From assembly GCA_947480015.1 (NCBI GenBank), contig CANKBS010000009.1:3255-67254 (forward strand): 64,000 bases of DNA, read 5' to 3'. The notes under the pieces were generated by a model that saw only the letters and a list, made by a program, of their open reading frames with translations, made no database searches and was not told where the DNA came from. The number at the start of each line of letters is the position of its first letter. Positions within the stretch are counted from its first letter, which is position 1. This DNA comes from Sphingobacteriaceae bacterium. GTDB lineage: Bacteria; Bacteroidota; Bacteroidia; B-17B0; Aurantibacillaceae. Below, in pieces: positions 8,961 through 19,887 of the stretch. The position numbers and the translations under genes were made by a program.

Positions 8961-11753
8961 CTAACGCAGCAGCGTTGCCGCGCCTTTAAACACATGTTGT
9001 TTATTTAAATTATCGTTAAGCACCACGCGCCAAATATAAACATCGTTCTCGTCAGCGGGCGAATTGCCCTCGTCAACATCGTTGTATTTAAAATCTCCGT
9101 TCCAACCGGTATGCACATCATTGGTTTTAAAAACCTTAATGCCCCAGCGATTATATACTTCAAACAAATACGCATCAAACAACCAACCTGTGCCCTTTGG
9201 CAACAACTCATCGTTTAATCCGTCGTGGTTTGGACTAAAAGCAGCGGGCATGTAAAAATTAAATCCTTCAAACACACAAATGGTTTTTTGAATGGAATCG
9301 ATGCAATGATTTTCATTCATACTCACCAATTTAAAATCAAAACAACCGGTGTCAGAAAAATTTTGTTTGAAGTTTTTTTCTTCACTTAATAAAGCAGAGC
9401 CGGCATACCATTTGTAAACTGAGGCATTGGAGGAGGTGTTTTTAAACAACACTTGCTCTGCTTCATTTAAGGTAATGATTTCGGGATCGGTAATAAAATT
9501 GCTGAGGGGTCGACCCAGTATTTTCATGGCCTGAGCATAGGTAAAACTTGATTTACAGGAATTAGAATCGGTAAGGGTGATGCTAATAGTATAAAGTCCC
9601 GCTTTTTTGTAACAATAACTAACGCTTTCACCTATGAGTTCGTTGGGACCGTCACCAAAATTCCAAATAATATTTTTGGCTCCGGCAGTTCGGTTTATGA
9701 ATTTGGTGCAATAAGGCACACAACCGCTGTCACCCGCATGAATGTATGCAGGCTTGGTGACCGGAAATAACTTAATGTTGATCTCTTTCACGGCCGTGGG
9801 AGAACCACAACCATCATCCACAATAAGTGTATACACCGGAATTGAAATATTCTGTACAAAAATAGAAGTCCCATTACTGTTACCCGGCATCCAGGTATAA
9901 GTATAATTACCATCGCCTCCACTTACCGTTGGGGTAATTTGTGCCGTGCTACCCGGACAAATGCCCGAATTGGAAGGTTTAATGGCTATGGAGATTAGTG
10001 GATTCACATTTACAGTAACCTGAAAAGGGGCCAGACTGCAGTTGTTGGCATCGTGTACCGTTAAACTATACACCGTGGTGCCATTGGGCGTTGCCTGAAC
10101 CGTTGGACCAAAAAGAGAACCGGGTTCCCATACAAATTGTAAATTGCCGGTTCCCCCACTGGCTGTGCCTTGCAAGCTTACTTGTTTGCCATAACACACC
10201 CTGGGTGGTGTTGTAGCCGAATAGGTGAATACCGGGGGAGAAGCAAAATAAACCGTATCCCAAGCCGGACAACCAATGGCATCGGTAGCTTTGAGGGAAT
10301 ATAAACCCGCACATAAATTTGAAATGATAGCGCTGCTGGTAGTTGGCGTACCACTGGCACTGTAGGTTATGGGACTTATGCCATTCTGAACTTGCAATTG
10401 AATGCTACCCGTGCAATTTTGATAACATTTAACGACATTTAAAATACTATGCGATAAACTCACGGTACTCATGTTGCCGACAAAGAACTTCAGCGAATCG
10501 ATGCAGCCTTTAGCATCGATAATGATCGTTGTATAAGTGTCGCTGCTCAGTGAATTAACCACGCTTTGAGTAGAATTTATAGGTAAGGTGGTATAGGTAT
10601 AAGGTGGGGTTCCTCCTGAAATAGTCAAGGTGAATCCTCCATCAGTAGCCGAGCAATTTTCTTTACGAATGAGTGGCGTTGGCGCTACAATGGCCGATGC
10701 CGGCAAAACCACAATCACACTTTTGGTAATACAAGCCGAAGCATCTTTTATACTTAAGGTGACATTACCGGCGGCAACGCTTGTTAAACTAGCGGTTGAC
10801 GAATTTCCGGGCTGCCAAGTATAGCTTAATATGGCCGGTGTTCCACTAACCACAACCGACACCGAACCATCGGACTTACCCGGACAACTGGGTTGCATAA
10901 TGCTTGGGAAAATAATGTGCTGAGGGGATTCAAATAGACGAATGGTATCAGTCGCCAAACAGTTATAGGTGTCGCGCGTGATGAGGGTTTTCAATCCCAC
11001 CGTTATATTACTAGCCGTATTGGAAGCAATAGGAATGTTATTGATGGTGTAATGGTAAATGGGTCCTGCCCCACCCGTAGTTGTTATTGCCGAATTAATA
11101 CTGCCTCCAAAACAAGGAATAAAGGTGTTATTAATGACCGAACTAATTTGGGGAAATTCGCCTACCTGAATGGTATTGGTTACTTCACAACCTTTCGAAT
11201 CGCCCACCGTAACGGAATAAATACCAGGTGCCAATCCCGATGCCGTTTGTGTGCTAGCCCCTCCTGGACTCCAGGAATAGGTATAAGCAGGGCTAAAAGA
11301 CGTGGGTGGGTTAACGTAACCCAATCCGTTATTTGTGGCGTAACATGAATTAGTGCTCGAAATAACTGAATTGGCTTCCGAGTAACTGACATTCACATTA
11401 AATTGCGTTGAGCCTGTGCAACTATTAGCAGAGCTAATGTAAATGGTGTAACTACCAAGCGGAATGGCATTCAGGGTTCCGGTATTATTAACCGTGGTTC
11501 CAATGGCAACCGTGGTGTTATTGGTTGACATGTTAACCAAGGTGCAGGTGTAAGGTGCAATAGCCCCCGAAATGGTAAAACTAACGATGCCCTTTTTATT
11601 TACACAGTTGTATTGTGTGGTGAAAAAGGAAAACAAACTGCATTGAGCCGTAACTTTTGCGCTAAAACAAAACAGGATAAAGAGGAGACAAGTATTTTTA
11701 AGTAGATTCAAGCTTATGCTCGTAAAGTTAGCAAGCTGAATCCAAAAAAACAT
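8961..11753 (-). CDS. T9SS type-B CTD (gliding-motility C-terminal domain) protein with SprB-like repeats and PKD domain
   Basis: Repeated GLAPGIYSVTVGDSKGC-type SprB units, WNFGDG PKD motif, C-terminal PAAFSPNHDGLND...YNRWG...WNG. Confidence 0.88.
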   Translation of the reverse strand: MFFWIQLANFTSISLNLLKNTCLLFILFCFSAKVTAQCSLFSFFTTQYNCVNKKGIVSFTISGAIAPYTCTLVNMSTNNTTVAIGTTVNNTGTLNAIPLGSYTIYISSANSCTGSTQFNVNVSYSEANSVISSTNSCYATNNGLGYVNPPTSFSPAYTYSWSPGGASTQTASGLAPGIYSVTVGDSKGCEVTNTIQVGEFPQISSVINNTFIPCFGGSINSAITTTGGAGPIYHYTINNIPIASNTASNITVGLKTLITRDTYNCLATDTIRLFESPQHIIFPSIMQPSCPGKSDGSVSVVVSGTPAILSYTWQPGNSSTASLTSVAAGNVTLSIKDASACITKSVIVVLPASAIVAPTPLIRKENCSATDGGFTLTISGGTPPYTYTTLPINSTQSVVNSLSSDTYTTIIIDAKGCIDSLKFFVGNMSTVSLSHSILNVVKCYQNCTGSIQLQVQNGISPITYSASGTPTTSSAIISNLCAGLYSLKATDAIGCPAWDTVYFASPPVFTYSATTPPRVCYGKQVSLQGTASGGTGNLQFVWEPGSLFGPTVQATPNGTTVYSLTVHDANNCSLAPFQVTVNVNPLISIAIKPSNSGICPGSTAQITPTVSGGDGNYTYTWMPGNSNGTSIFVQNISIPVYTLIVDDGCGSPTAVKEINIKLFPVTKPAYIHAGDSGCVPYCTKFINRTAGAKNIIWNFGDGPNELIGESVSYCYKKAGLYTISITLTDSNSCKSSFTYAQAMKILGRPLSNFITDPEIITLNEAEQVLFKNTSSNASVYKWYAGSALLSEEKNFKQNFSDTGCFDFKLVSMNENHCIDSIQKTICVFEGFNFYMPAAFSPNHDGLNDELLPKGTGWLFDAYLFEVYNRWGIKVFKTNDVHTGWNGDFKYNDVDEGNSPADENDVYIWRVVLNDNLNKQHVFKGAATLLR

Positions 11754-11797
11754 ACAATAATTAATAATTGGCAGGATTTATGCCTTAAGTGGATGGG

Positions 11798-12856
11798 CTA
11801 CCAGGCAAAGGTGAGTCCCAGAATGTTGGAATTGCCCGGAAAAGCCATTTTGGTGAAAGAATACGAGAAACCAAAGCGTTTCACGCGTAGGCCAAAGCCA
11901 AAACTCAGACCGTTAATACCACGACGTTCGGGTAAGGTCATTTCTTGCTGACGGCGATAATTGTAGGCAATGCGTAAGTTAAAATTTTTGGTAATTAAGA
12001 TTTCGGTTCCGAAAGTAAAATGACGCATAAAATTATCGGCTCTATTACCTGCTTTTACTTTAAATTTTTGAAAATCGCTTGAGTCTTTTTTAACATCACC
12101 CGTATTGAGGGTACTGCTTTTTCCGGTGGTATCAACCGGTGAAATATAACTGAGATTCCACTTTAATAATTGATCGTATACAAAAAACAATTTAAATGGC
12201 GCCTTGGCTATTTTTTTACTCATTCCCAGTTGCACCGTATTGGGTAGAGTGCCTTTCTGACTTTGATTTGCTGTATAATCCTTCCAAATAAAACCCACAT
12301 TTTTAGCCTGCAGACTAATAACCAAACTATTTTTAGTGTGATATGTAATTCCAAAATCAAGGGCATTACCATAGGAGTGATAAGTATCGTACTGAGAAAT
12401 GATGGTCTTTAATGCAATACCCACATTAAACAATGAATCTGCAAGGGGCTTAGCGTAGGTAAAACCTATGCAATAATCGTTTGACTTAAAGGTGTTCGTT
12501 TTTTGACCGAGTTCATCATAACCTGTAAACTTGCCGTAATTGTAAGCTTGCAAGCTCACTGCGGCTGTACCATATTTTTTTAGATCAAGGGCATGAGCCA
12601 TATACCAAAAATTAATATCGCCCACATAATTGCAATAATTTAAACTCAATTGTTTGTTCATGGAAGGATTTAACAAAGCCGGATTGGAATGAATGAGGCT
12701 AATGTCATCTCCCCACAAACTCATGGCATTACCACCAACTGCGGCAGCACGAGCGGTCATTGGCACATCCAAAAAACGGTAACTTTTGGTGCCACCAATT
12801 TGAGCAGTACTAAAAAATACCGAAAGGCTAAATAAGAAGAGGCTAAATTTTTTCAA
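11798..12856 (-). CDS. porQ: Type IX secretion system protein PorQ
   Basis: N-terminal QIGGTKSYRFLDVPMTARAAAVGG, SNPALL, beta-barrel with YNYRRQQEM and GLSFGFG motifs. Confidence 0.78.
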   Translation of the reverse strand: MKKFSLFLFSLSVFFSTAQIGGTKSYRFLDVPMTARAAAVGGNAMSLWGDDISLIHSNPALLNPSMNKQLSLNYCNYVGDINFWYMAHALDLKKYGTAAVSLQAYNYGKFTGYDELGQKTNTFKSNDYCIGFTYAKPLADSLFNVGIALKTIISQYDTYHSYGNALDFGITYHTKNSLVISLQAKNVGFIWKDYTANQSQKGTLPNTVQLGMSKKIAKAPFKLFFVYDQLLKWNLSYISPVDTTGKSSTLNTGDVKKDSSDFQKFKVKAGNRADNFMRHFTFGTEILITKNFNLRIAYNYRRQQEMTLPERRGINGLSFGFGLRVKRFGFSYSFTKMAFPGNSNILGLTFAW

Positions 12857-12903
12857 TGCAGTTATAACGTTATAAATTTGTTTTTAGTATTGAAGGTATA
12901 AAA

Positions 12904-13617
12904 TTATAAACTCATCATATCCTTTAACTTAACGGCTTGGCGGCGCGAAATTTCTATTTCCTTACTATCTTTCAATTTCACGTTCAAGCCTCCGTTAAAC
13001 CAGGCTTCTACACTTACAATATAGCTTAAATTAATCATGTGTTTACGTGAAGCTCTGAAAAATTGTTTTTCATCCAAACGGGTTTCCAAACTGTTTAAAC
13101 TACGTAAAATAAGTGGACGGAAATTTTCAAAATACACCCTAACATAATTACCTTCCGATTCAAACAAACGTATATCACTTAAGCGCACAAACCAGCATTT
13201 TTCGCCATCTTTAATAAACACCATGTCCTTTTCGGTGAGTGGTGAATTATTATCAATTTTTGTGGCGCTTTCTTTAATGGAAAGTTTTTTGATGGTTTCG
13301 GCCAAACGATCGGCTTGCACCGGTTTAAGTAAATAATCGAAGGCATTTAATTCAAAGGCTTTGATGGCGTGTTCGTCGTGTGCTGTAATAAACACCACAT
13401 CAATGGCACCCGAAATTTCTTCTACCAATTCTAAACCACTTTTTCCCGGCATTTGAATGTCGCAGAAAATAATATCCGGTTTTAACTCATTAATTTTTTC
13501 CTTTGCCTGCACGGCATCAGAGCATTCTGCCACAATTTCAATGTCCTTGTGTAAAGCCAATAAATTTTTAAGTTCTTGTCTGGCTAAACGTTCATCATCA
13601 ATTAGAATTGCTTTCAT
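12904..13617 (-). CDS. LytTR-family response regulator
   Basis: Receiver (IDDE, DIQMP, DYLLKP) plus LytTR domain (FFRASRKHMIN, ISRR). Confidence 0.93.
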   Translation of the reverse strand: MKAILIDDERLARQELKNLLALHKDIEIVAECSDAVQAKEKINELKPDIIFCDIQMPGKSGLELVEEISGAIDVVFITAHDEHAIKAFELNAFDYLLKPVQADRLAETIKKLSIKESATKIDNNSPLTEKDMVFIKDGEKCWFVRLSDIRLFESEGNYVRVYFENFRPLILRSLNSLETRLDEKQFFRASRKHMINLSYIVSVEAWFNGGLNVKLKDSKEIEISRRQAVKLKDMMSL

Positions 13618-13631
13618 AGGGTATTTTAAAA

Positions 13632-14660
13632 TTAGTTATTCAAAGGTATATTTATCTCAACAACCACCAAATCGTCTCTTTCTTCAATTTTTATTTTTCC
13701 GGATTTGCCGTATAATAGTTCTAAACGCTGAATGGAATTTTTAAATCCTACCCCGGTTAAAGGTTCCGCCGAATTAAGTTTACCTGTATTGGAAACCCTA
13801 ATCTTTAAGTCCTTTTCTTCGCGGTAAGCTTCTATCATAATGGTACCAATGCCCGGCAGTTTGGAGATGCCATGTTTAATTGCATTTTCAACCTGTGATT
13901 GAATAATAAAGGGTGGAATTAATAACGTGCCTACTTTTTCATCGATACTAAAGCTATAATTGAGACGCTCTTCGTAACGTATTTTTTCAAGATTCAGATA
14001 ATCTTTTACCAGATTAATTTCATCGTTTAATTGAATTTCTTTGCGTTTATCCATTAACAAGGTAGTGCGTAACATATTGGATAAATGCGTCACCGCGCCC
14101 TTTGCTTTCACGGGATTCTCATCAATTAAAGCTCGGATGCTATTCATGCAATTAAAAATAAAATGCGGATTTAATTGGGCTTTTAAATTAGTGAGTTCCG
14201 ATTCGCGGTTAGCCGCCAAATAGCGCAGGGAGTTAATTTCGGAACGTTTGTAATTTTGAAAGTACTGAAAACCAAAATAAATCACATTCCACAAACAAAA
14301 CACACTTGCAAAATTGATTACATGTTCCAATACTTTAGCCAAACCCAGTGTTCCAAATCCTAACCCAAGTATGTTTGAAAAAAGAAGCACTACAATAAAA
14401 AACAAAAAGCCTTTTAAAATGCTAAAAATGAGAATGGAAATTAATTGTGTAGGGATTCGTTTATTTAAGAGGTCTAACTTTATTATGAGAATGCGGTAAA
14501 AATGCGAGATAGCAATGCCTGTGGGAAGCATTAAAAAATAAATGAGGTAATCTTTGTATCCTGCTCTAAAATTTAATCCAAAAAAAATAAAATTACTCAG
14601 GATATAAAAGGACCAGCCTATAACCTGACAATACCAATAAATATGTGATTTTTTAATCAA
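13632..14660 (-). CDS. LytS-type membrane sensor histidine kinase
   Basis: TM helices, LKAQLNPHFIFN H-box, ENAIKHG, GVGFKN. Confidence 0.92.
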   Translation of the reverse strand: MIKKSHIYWYCQVIGWSFYILSNFIFFGLNFRAGYKDYLIYFLMLPTGIAISHFYRILIIKLDLLNKRIPTQLISILIFSILKGFLFFIVVLLFSNILGLGFGTLGLAKVLEHVINFASVFCLWNVIYFGFQYFQNYKRSEINSLRYLAANRESELTNLKAQLNPHFIFNCMNSIRALIDENPVKAKGAVTHLSNMLRTTLLMDKRKEIQLNDEINLVKDYLNLEKIRYEERLNYSFSIDEKVGTLLIPPFIIQSQVENAIKHGISKLPGIGTIMIEAYREEKDLKIRVSNTGKLNSAEPLTGVGFKNSIQRLELLYGKSGKIKIEERDDLVVVEINIPLNN

Positions 14661-14695
14661 GTCTTATTAGTTCTTTTTATAAAACTAACAAAAAA

Positions 14696-16036
14696 TTAAT
14701 TGTTAATGATCCAATCCTGCTCAAATTTACAGGCATATTCCGGATCGAGTTTAATGTAGGTTATTTTAGAGCGTTTTTTGATCCAGGCTTTTACTTCTTT
14801 TTGTTTCTGATCCATGTTAGCCAGATCGGACATACGCTGGTAATCTTCTTTTAAATTCGCTTTATGCGGATCGATACGGTTTTTTAATTTTACGATACGG
14901 TATCCTGGTTTGTTATCCATACTCGTAAAAGTCATGGGTTTAGAGATGTCCCCATTTTTCATCCCGTTTAAAGTAACAATCAAATTTTTATCCAGTTGAC
15001 TTAAAATATCGTTATTAAACTTGGTGCTGCGGGTTTGCGGATTTACCATTAATCCACCATTTTGTTTGGTATCGGCATCATCGCTGTATTTTCGCACGGC
15101 ATCTTCGAAAGAAATTTTTCCTTCACGAATTAAGCTATAAATTGAATCTAATTGTTGTTTACAACGGTAAAAATCTTCGTTGGTCATTTTTGGCATAATA
15201 AGAATATGTCTTAAGTCGAGTAACTCTCCCCTTCTTTGCACCAATTCAATAAAGTGATAACCATAGGCTGTTTCAAATACATTCGAGATCTCACCGTTTT
15301 TTAAACGAAAGGCCACGGCTTCAAAACTCGGATCCATTTTACCACGTGGCACACTGCCGTAAAAACCGCCATCGCGGGCCGAACCCGGATCTTCGCTGTA
15401 TAAACGGGCCAAAGTACTGGTGGTGGTTTGTCCTTTTAAAACACGTTGACGGTAACTTTCCAATAAATCTTTTGCTTCTTTTTTAGCAGCCGGACTAAAG
15501 TCAGGTTTTTTTACCAAGTGTTGTAACTCCACCTCCGACTCAATTAAAGGCAAGCTGTCGTAAGGAATTTTGTTATAAAACTGACGCACTTCGGCCGGTG
15601 TTAATTTAGCTTCGCCGGCAATTTTACCATTCATTTTTTCGGCAATAAGTTGTTCTTGTACCTCTGCCCTGAGTTCATCTTTAATAACATTGGTGCGTTT
15701 GCCATAAAATTTTTCAAGTTTTTCTTCAGTTCCAAATTGCTCAATGTAATGGGCCATTCTACGGTTCAGCTCTGTATCCACATCGGCATCGGTTACGGTA
15801 ACCGAATCTCTGTCGGCTTGAGCAACCAGTAGTTTTTGAAAGACCAGCATTTCAAAGGAACGGCATTTATCAAAAGGTACATTTTGACTTTCGGCATCTA
15901 AAGCAGCATTTTGAAGGTCGCTTAATAAAATGGGGTATTTACCCACTACGCCTATCACCTTGTCGATCACCGCTTCCTGAGCTTGTGCATAAAAGCCAAT
16001 GAAAAGCATGGCAAAGAAGAATTTGAATTTCGTCAT
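14696..16036 (-). CDS. surA: SurA-like periplasmic peptidyl-prolyl isomerase
   Basis: IDKVIGVVG N-terminus, two parvulin domains (LARLYSEDPGSARDGG, YSDDADTKQNGG). Confidence 0.85.
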   Translation of the reverse strand: MTKFKFFFAMLFIGFYAQAQEAVIDKVIGVVGKYPILLSDLQNAALDAESQNVPFDKCRSFEMLVFQKLLVAQADRDSVTVTDADVDTELNRRMAHYIEQFGTEEKLEKFYGKRTNVIKDELRAEVQEQLIAEKMNGKIAGEAKLTPAEVRQFYNKIPYDSLPLIESEVELQHLVKKPDFSPAAKKEAKDLLESYRQRVLKGQTTTSTLARLYSEDPGSARDGGFYGSVPRGKMDPSFEAVAFRLKNGEISNVFETAYGYHFIELVQRRGELLDLRHILIMPKMTNEDFYRCKQQLDSIYSLIREGKISFEDAVRKYSDDADTKQNGGLMVNPQTRSTKFNNDILSQLDKNLIVTLNGMKNGDISKPMTFTSMDNKPGYRIVKLKNRIDPHKANLKEDYQRMSDLANMDQKQKEVKAWIKKRSKITYIKLDPEYACKFEQDWIINN

Positions 16037-16304
16037 CAGGGGTAAATTTACTTAAAAAAGGGCAGTGAGCTTAGTCGAATTTCTTAAAAATTGGTAAGAA
16101 TTGAAGGTATTAATCCGATTCAAAAAAAATAGAAATTTTGAATTTTGACTTCCAAGATTTGAAAATGCGTGATTGGGAGGCGCCATGTTCAAAAATCAAA
16201 TCAACCCTAAAATAATCAAACTACTTTTAAAGAAATTTAAAAGAATTTGAAACTAAATTTTTCTGACAAAACACAAAGATTAAGATTCGCAAATTTCGCG
16301 CCAT

Positions 16305-16448
16305 GGGATGTAGGGCAGCAAGCCTGCGGCTTGATGAGCCAGCTTGTGTGTTGATGGAAAGCGGAACCCGAAAGTTATCAGCCCGGAGCAGCCCGGTCCC
16401 AATCAGGCTTACAGAAGAATGAAAGAGCCTGATTGGGAGGCGCCCAAA
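16305..16448 (+). repeat. GC-rich structured intergenic element (Flavo-1/REP-like; possible ncRNA)
   Basis: GC-rich patch in an AT-rich spacer; perfect 13-bp inverted repeat 16397-16409/16426-16438 flanked by GCAGCCCGG and GGCGCCCAAA; the family resemblance is recalled, not searched. Confidence 0.45.
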
Positions 16449-16480
16449 TAATAACCAGGATCAAAAGTAATAACCGAAAA

Positions 16481-16753
16481 CTAACGCTTAATTTCAAAAG
16501 TCTGATACCCTTTAGGATCCTGCTCTTCGGCAATAACCTCGGTAACATCGGCCAGGCGCGGACCGGTATTACACCATTCGATAAAACGATGGATGTTTTC
16601 CTCTTCTCCTTCGGCATGGGTTAGCACCGACTCATCAAACTGATTTCTCACAAAACCACAAAGGTTTAATTTATGCGCCATGGCCTGAGCATTGTAACGG
16701 TAGCCAACACCCTGCACTTTTCCTCTGATAATAATTTTGTAACTGCGGATCAT
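16481..16753 (-). CDS. acyP: Acylphosphatase
   Basis: GKVQGVGYR and GFVRN motifs. Confidence 0.93.
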   Translation of the reverse strand: MIRSYKIIIRGKVQGVGYRYNAQAMAHKLNLCGFVRNQFDESVLTHAEGEEENIHRFIEWCNTGPRLADVTEVIAEEQDPKGYQTFEIKR

Positions 16754-16770
16754 AAAAAATAAAAGAGAAA

Positions 16771-18876
16771 TTATTTGGTTGAATTAATGAGATTCAGATT
16801 GGTTTCGCCAATGATACGGAAAGCCGTTCTTCTGTTTTTTTGATGTGCCGCTTCAAACTCAGGACTTTTATCCACCATTTCATCAATTTCAGATTGAGGA
16901 ATGATAGGTTTGCTTTCGCCGTAACCACGGGCAATTAAGCGTTTTTTCACAATTCCGTGAGCAATTAAATAATCGACACAACTTTGTGCACGTGCCTGAG
17001 ATAAACGCATGTTATAATCATCGTTACCACGCGAATCGGTGTGTGAACTTAATTCAATACTTAAATTGTCGTTGAGTTTTAAAAGGTCCACAATTTTATC
17101 TAAAACTTCCATCGATTTAGGACGTAGGCTTGCTTTATTAAAGTCATACTCTACCCCTTCAATTTCTATATCGCCTTCGGGTATTTTTGAGAGATAAAAA
17201 TCCTGTTCAAAATGTTTTGAATCGGTTAATCCACGGGTAATCACACTGGCTGTTTTACCAAAGTATTTACTTTTTTGTGCCTTTAAAAAATATTCGAAAT
17301 TGGCTTTTAAGTCGGTTTTATAATAGCCTTCTTCATCAGTTACCACATAAAATGGCTCGTCGTTATCGTGCACATCTTTTATTGTAACCAGGGCCGCAGC
17401 AATGGGTTCGTTGGTTTGATCGTCGAACACATGGCCTTCAAGATCAAATTTAATGGGATCGTTAATGTACTCGTAAATATTATAACAATGTCCGTTCGGG
17501 CAATCCAATCGATCGCTCGATAAAAAGCCTTTGGAGCCCATTCTGTCAGTAATGTAATATGCATCGTCTTTAGATGAATTAATGGGGCGATTCAAATTCA
17601 CCGGCACTTGATAAATGGAATCATCCACATTTAAACTCGATTTATAAACATCCAATCCGCCTAAACCGGGATGACCATTGGAACTAAAATACAAGGTGTT
17701 TGAAATGTCGTGATAAAATGGGGTTACTTCATCAGAAGTGGTATTAATAGGTTCTCCCAAATTTTGTGCTTCTCCTACAAAACCGTTTTCGTCAATAGAG
17801 GCCATCCAAATATCGAAGCCACCTTTACCACCAGGGCGGTTGGATGAAAAGAACAAACGGCGTCCGTCGAGGCTTACAAAAGGATGGTGCGATTAATAAC
17901 CCGGTAAATTAATATTGGCACCCAGTTTCATGGCTTCATAAAACTTACCTCCGGTGGTGCGGGCCATATATATAAAAGCTTCGTAACGGTTATTGTCACT
18001 CCATCGTGTAAACAGCATCACCTCGTCGGGTGTAAATACCCCCGAACCTTCGTGCAGTGAGGTGTTGACGGGTCGTCCAAAATTTACAGGCCGCTGCCAG
18101 ATGGTATCTTCCAGATCTGAATAATATAAGTCACAAAAATAACGGGAATCTTGTTTCTCCGGATCGGCTACGACCCCACCACGGCGTGAGCTGGTAAAAA
18201 TAACTTTCTGATCACTGAGATAATACATGGTAGCAAAGTTGGAAGTACCACGGTTAAAAACCAAACTGTCCTTTAAACGTAATTTCGCCTTAACCGGTAC
18301 AAGTGTATCTAAAGCAAAATAACACCAAACTTCTTTTTTAGCGGCAATAGAAATTAAGGAATCAGATCCTGCTTTCTCCATAACATAGCTGTCAAAAGCT
18401 TTGAGCGCTTCGGCATATTTTTTCTGATTCATTAGGGCCAAACCGTAATAATAACCGGCATCTAAATAAACTTTACGGTCGACGCAAATTTTATATTGAT
18501 CGGCAGCATGCGAATAATCGAAGTTTAAGCGGTAACTCTGTGCTAAACGATATAGAATAAAATCGTATTTGCTCGATTGTATCAGATCTTCTTTCACCAG
18601 GTTGGTGCTGTCTTTACGCTTGGTAACCTGTAATTCCGGAACTTTAAAAAGTGTTTTGAGTTTAAGGTTAACCAACTGTGGCTCGTAAGGCAATACATAA
18701 CTTCTTAAAACCGTGGTATCATCCAGTACTTTTGAATAATAAATAGCCGCGTTGGCATAGTCTCTTTTCGCATAGGACTCATCTGCTAACTCAATCCATA
18801 CTTTTTTGGACTTGGCGACTACAGAAAAACCAAGTAAAAGAAAAACAAACGAACTAATTAATTTTTTATTCAACAT
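16771..18876 (-). pseudogene. PorE-like TPR-PD40-CRD-OmpA protein split by an in-frame TAA at 17893-17895
   Basis: ORFs 17893..18876 and 16771..17856 share a frame and read ...NLPGY*SHHPFVSLDGRRLFFSSNRPGG through a PD40 repeat; C-terminal OmpA domain (SHTDSRG, NMRLSQARA, NRRT). Confidence 0.8.
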
Positions 18877-18891
18877 AAGTGCTTTCTCTAA

Positions 18892-19887
18892 CTACAAGCG
18901 AGGACAGTTTTTAATTTCAGAATTTTTTGATTTTTTGCCCAGCCAGGTAATTGAAATTTCATAAGCTCCGCGTGTTTTTGAAACACCCCGAAGCGAAGAT
19001 GTGTTAAAATCATAGGCCAGTTTAAAAATGTAATTATCTTTTTTTAATCCCATATAAACAATGCTAGCATCGTTTACACGAAAGGTATAACCGGCCAGCG
19101 CATAAAATTTTTCACCTTTAAAATAATACCCTGCATCAAGCGCATAGGTTTGTTGTATGATATGGGCCTGAGCATAGATAAGAATCTTAGGAATAAAATA
19201 AAAGATCTCTGAAGCATTAATACGAATACCCGCGTGATAGTAATAACGGCGTGGTAAACGATTATCACCGCCAACAAAACTATCTTTAGGTTTAGTTAAG
19301 TTAAAGGTACTGAAACCCACAAAGGGATTAAAACGGGTTTGTTGTTTGCCATAATAATACAAGGCACCAAAATTTACGACCTCTTGAAAATAGGCTTGGC
19401 CTTTAAAATTCTCCCCATTAGGCAGCGATTTATCAAATGAACCACCATTGGCAGTTGTGAATTGCGAATCGAATGTGATTAAACCGTTTTCTAATTGTTT
19501 TTGATTGAATCCTAATTGCAGACCCAATGAAAGATTATGATAACGCTTTGCATCAACCGGCAGGTCGTAAGCAACTGAACCTAAAACCTGTAATACATTG
19601 TAATTAGCAAAACCTGCACGCATGTTTGTAATCTGTCCGCCAAAACCCCATTTATCTTTGGGTACATCAAAACTCACCAATGCGGTCGTGTATGGTTTGT
19701 AAGCTAAGGCATTCCATTGATTACGGAACTGAGCATGGGCGCGCATTTTACTTTCTACTAGTCCGGTCATAGCCGGATTCAAAAATAACGGAGCTGCATC
19801 ATACATACTTAAATGAAAGTCCTGTGCCTGCAAAACAGACAAGGTACTTAAGGTACAAACAAGCAGGTATTTTTTTCTAAGTCTCAT
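18892..19887 (-). CDS. PorP/SprF family T9SS membrane protein
   Basis: QDFHLSMY...PLFLNPAMTG, FRNQW, YDFNTSSL...GAYEISI motifs. Confidence 0.9.
   Translation of the reverse strand: MRLRKKYLLVCTLSTLSVLQAQDFHLSMYDAAPLFLNPAMTGLVESKMRAHAQFRNQWNALAYKPYTTALVSFDVPKDKWGFGGQITNMRAGFANYNVLQVLGSVAYDLPVDAKRYHNLSLGLQLGFNQKQLENGLITFDSQFTTANGGSFDKSLPNGENFKGQAYFQEVVNFGALYYYGKQQTRFNPFVGFSTFNLTKPKDSFVGGDNRLPRRYYYHAGIRINASEIFYFIPKILIYAQAHIIQQTYALDAGYYFKGEKFYALAGYTFRVNDASIVYMGLKKDNYIFKLAYDFNTSSLRGVSKTRGAYEISITWLGKKSKNSEIKNCPRL

Noticed and set aside
16305-16448. GC-rich element considered as SRP RNA, 6S RNA or tRNA
   Set aside because: Lacks the SRP domain IV consensus, tRNA cloverleaf/T-loop and long 6S-type end pairing.
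17893-17895. In-frame TAA considered as stop-codon reassignment or programmed readthrough
   Set aside because: TAA terminates most genes in the window normally; a single nonsense change or sequencing error is simpler.
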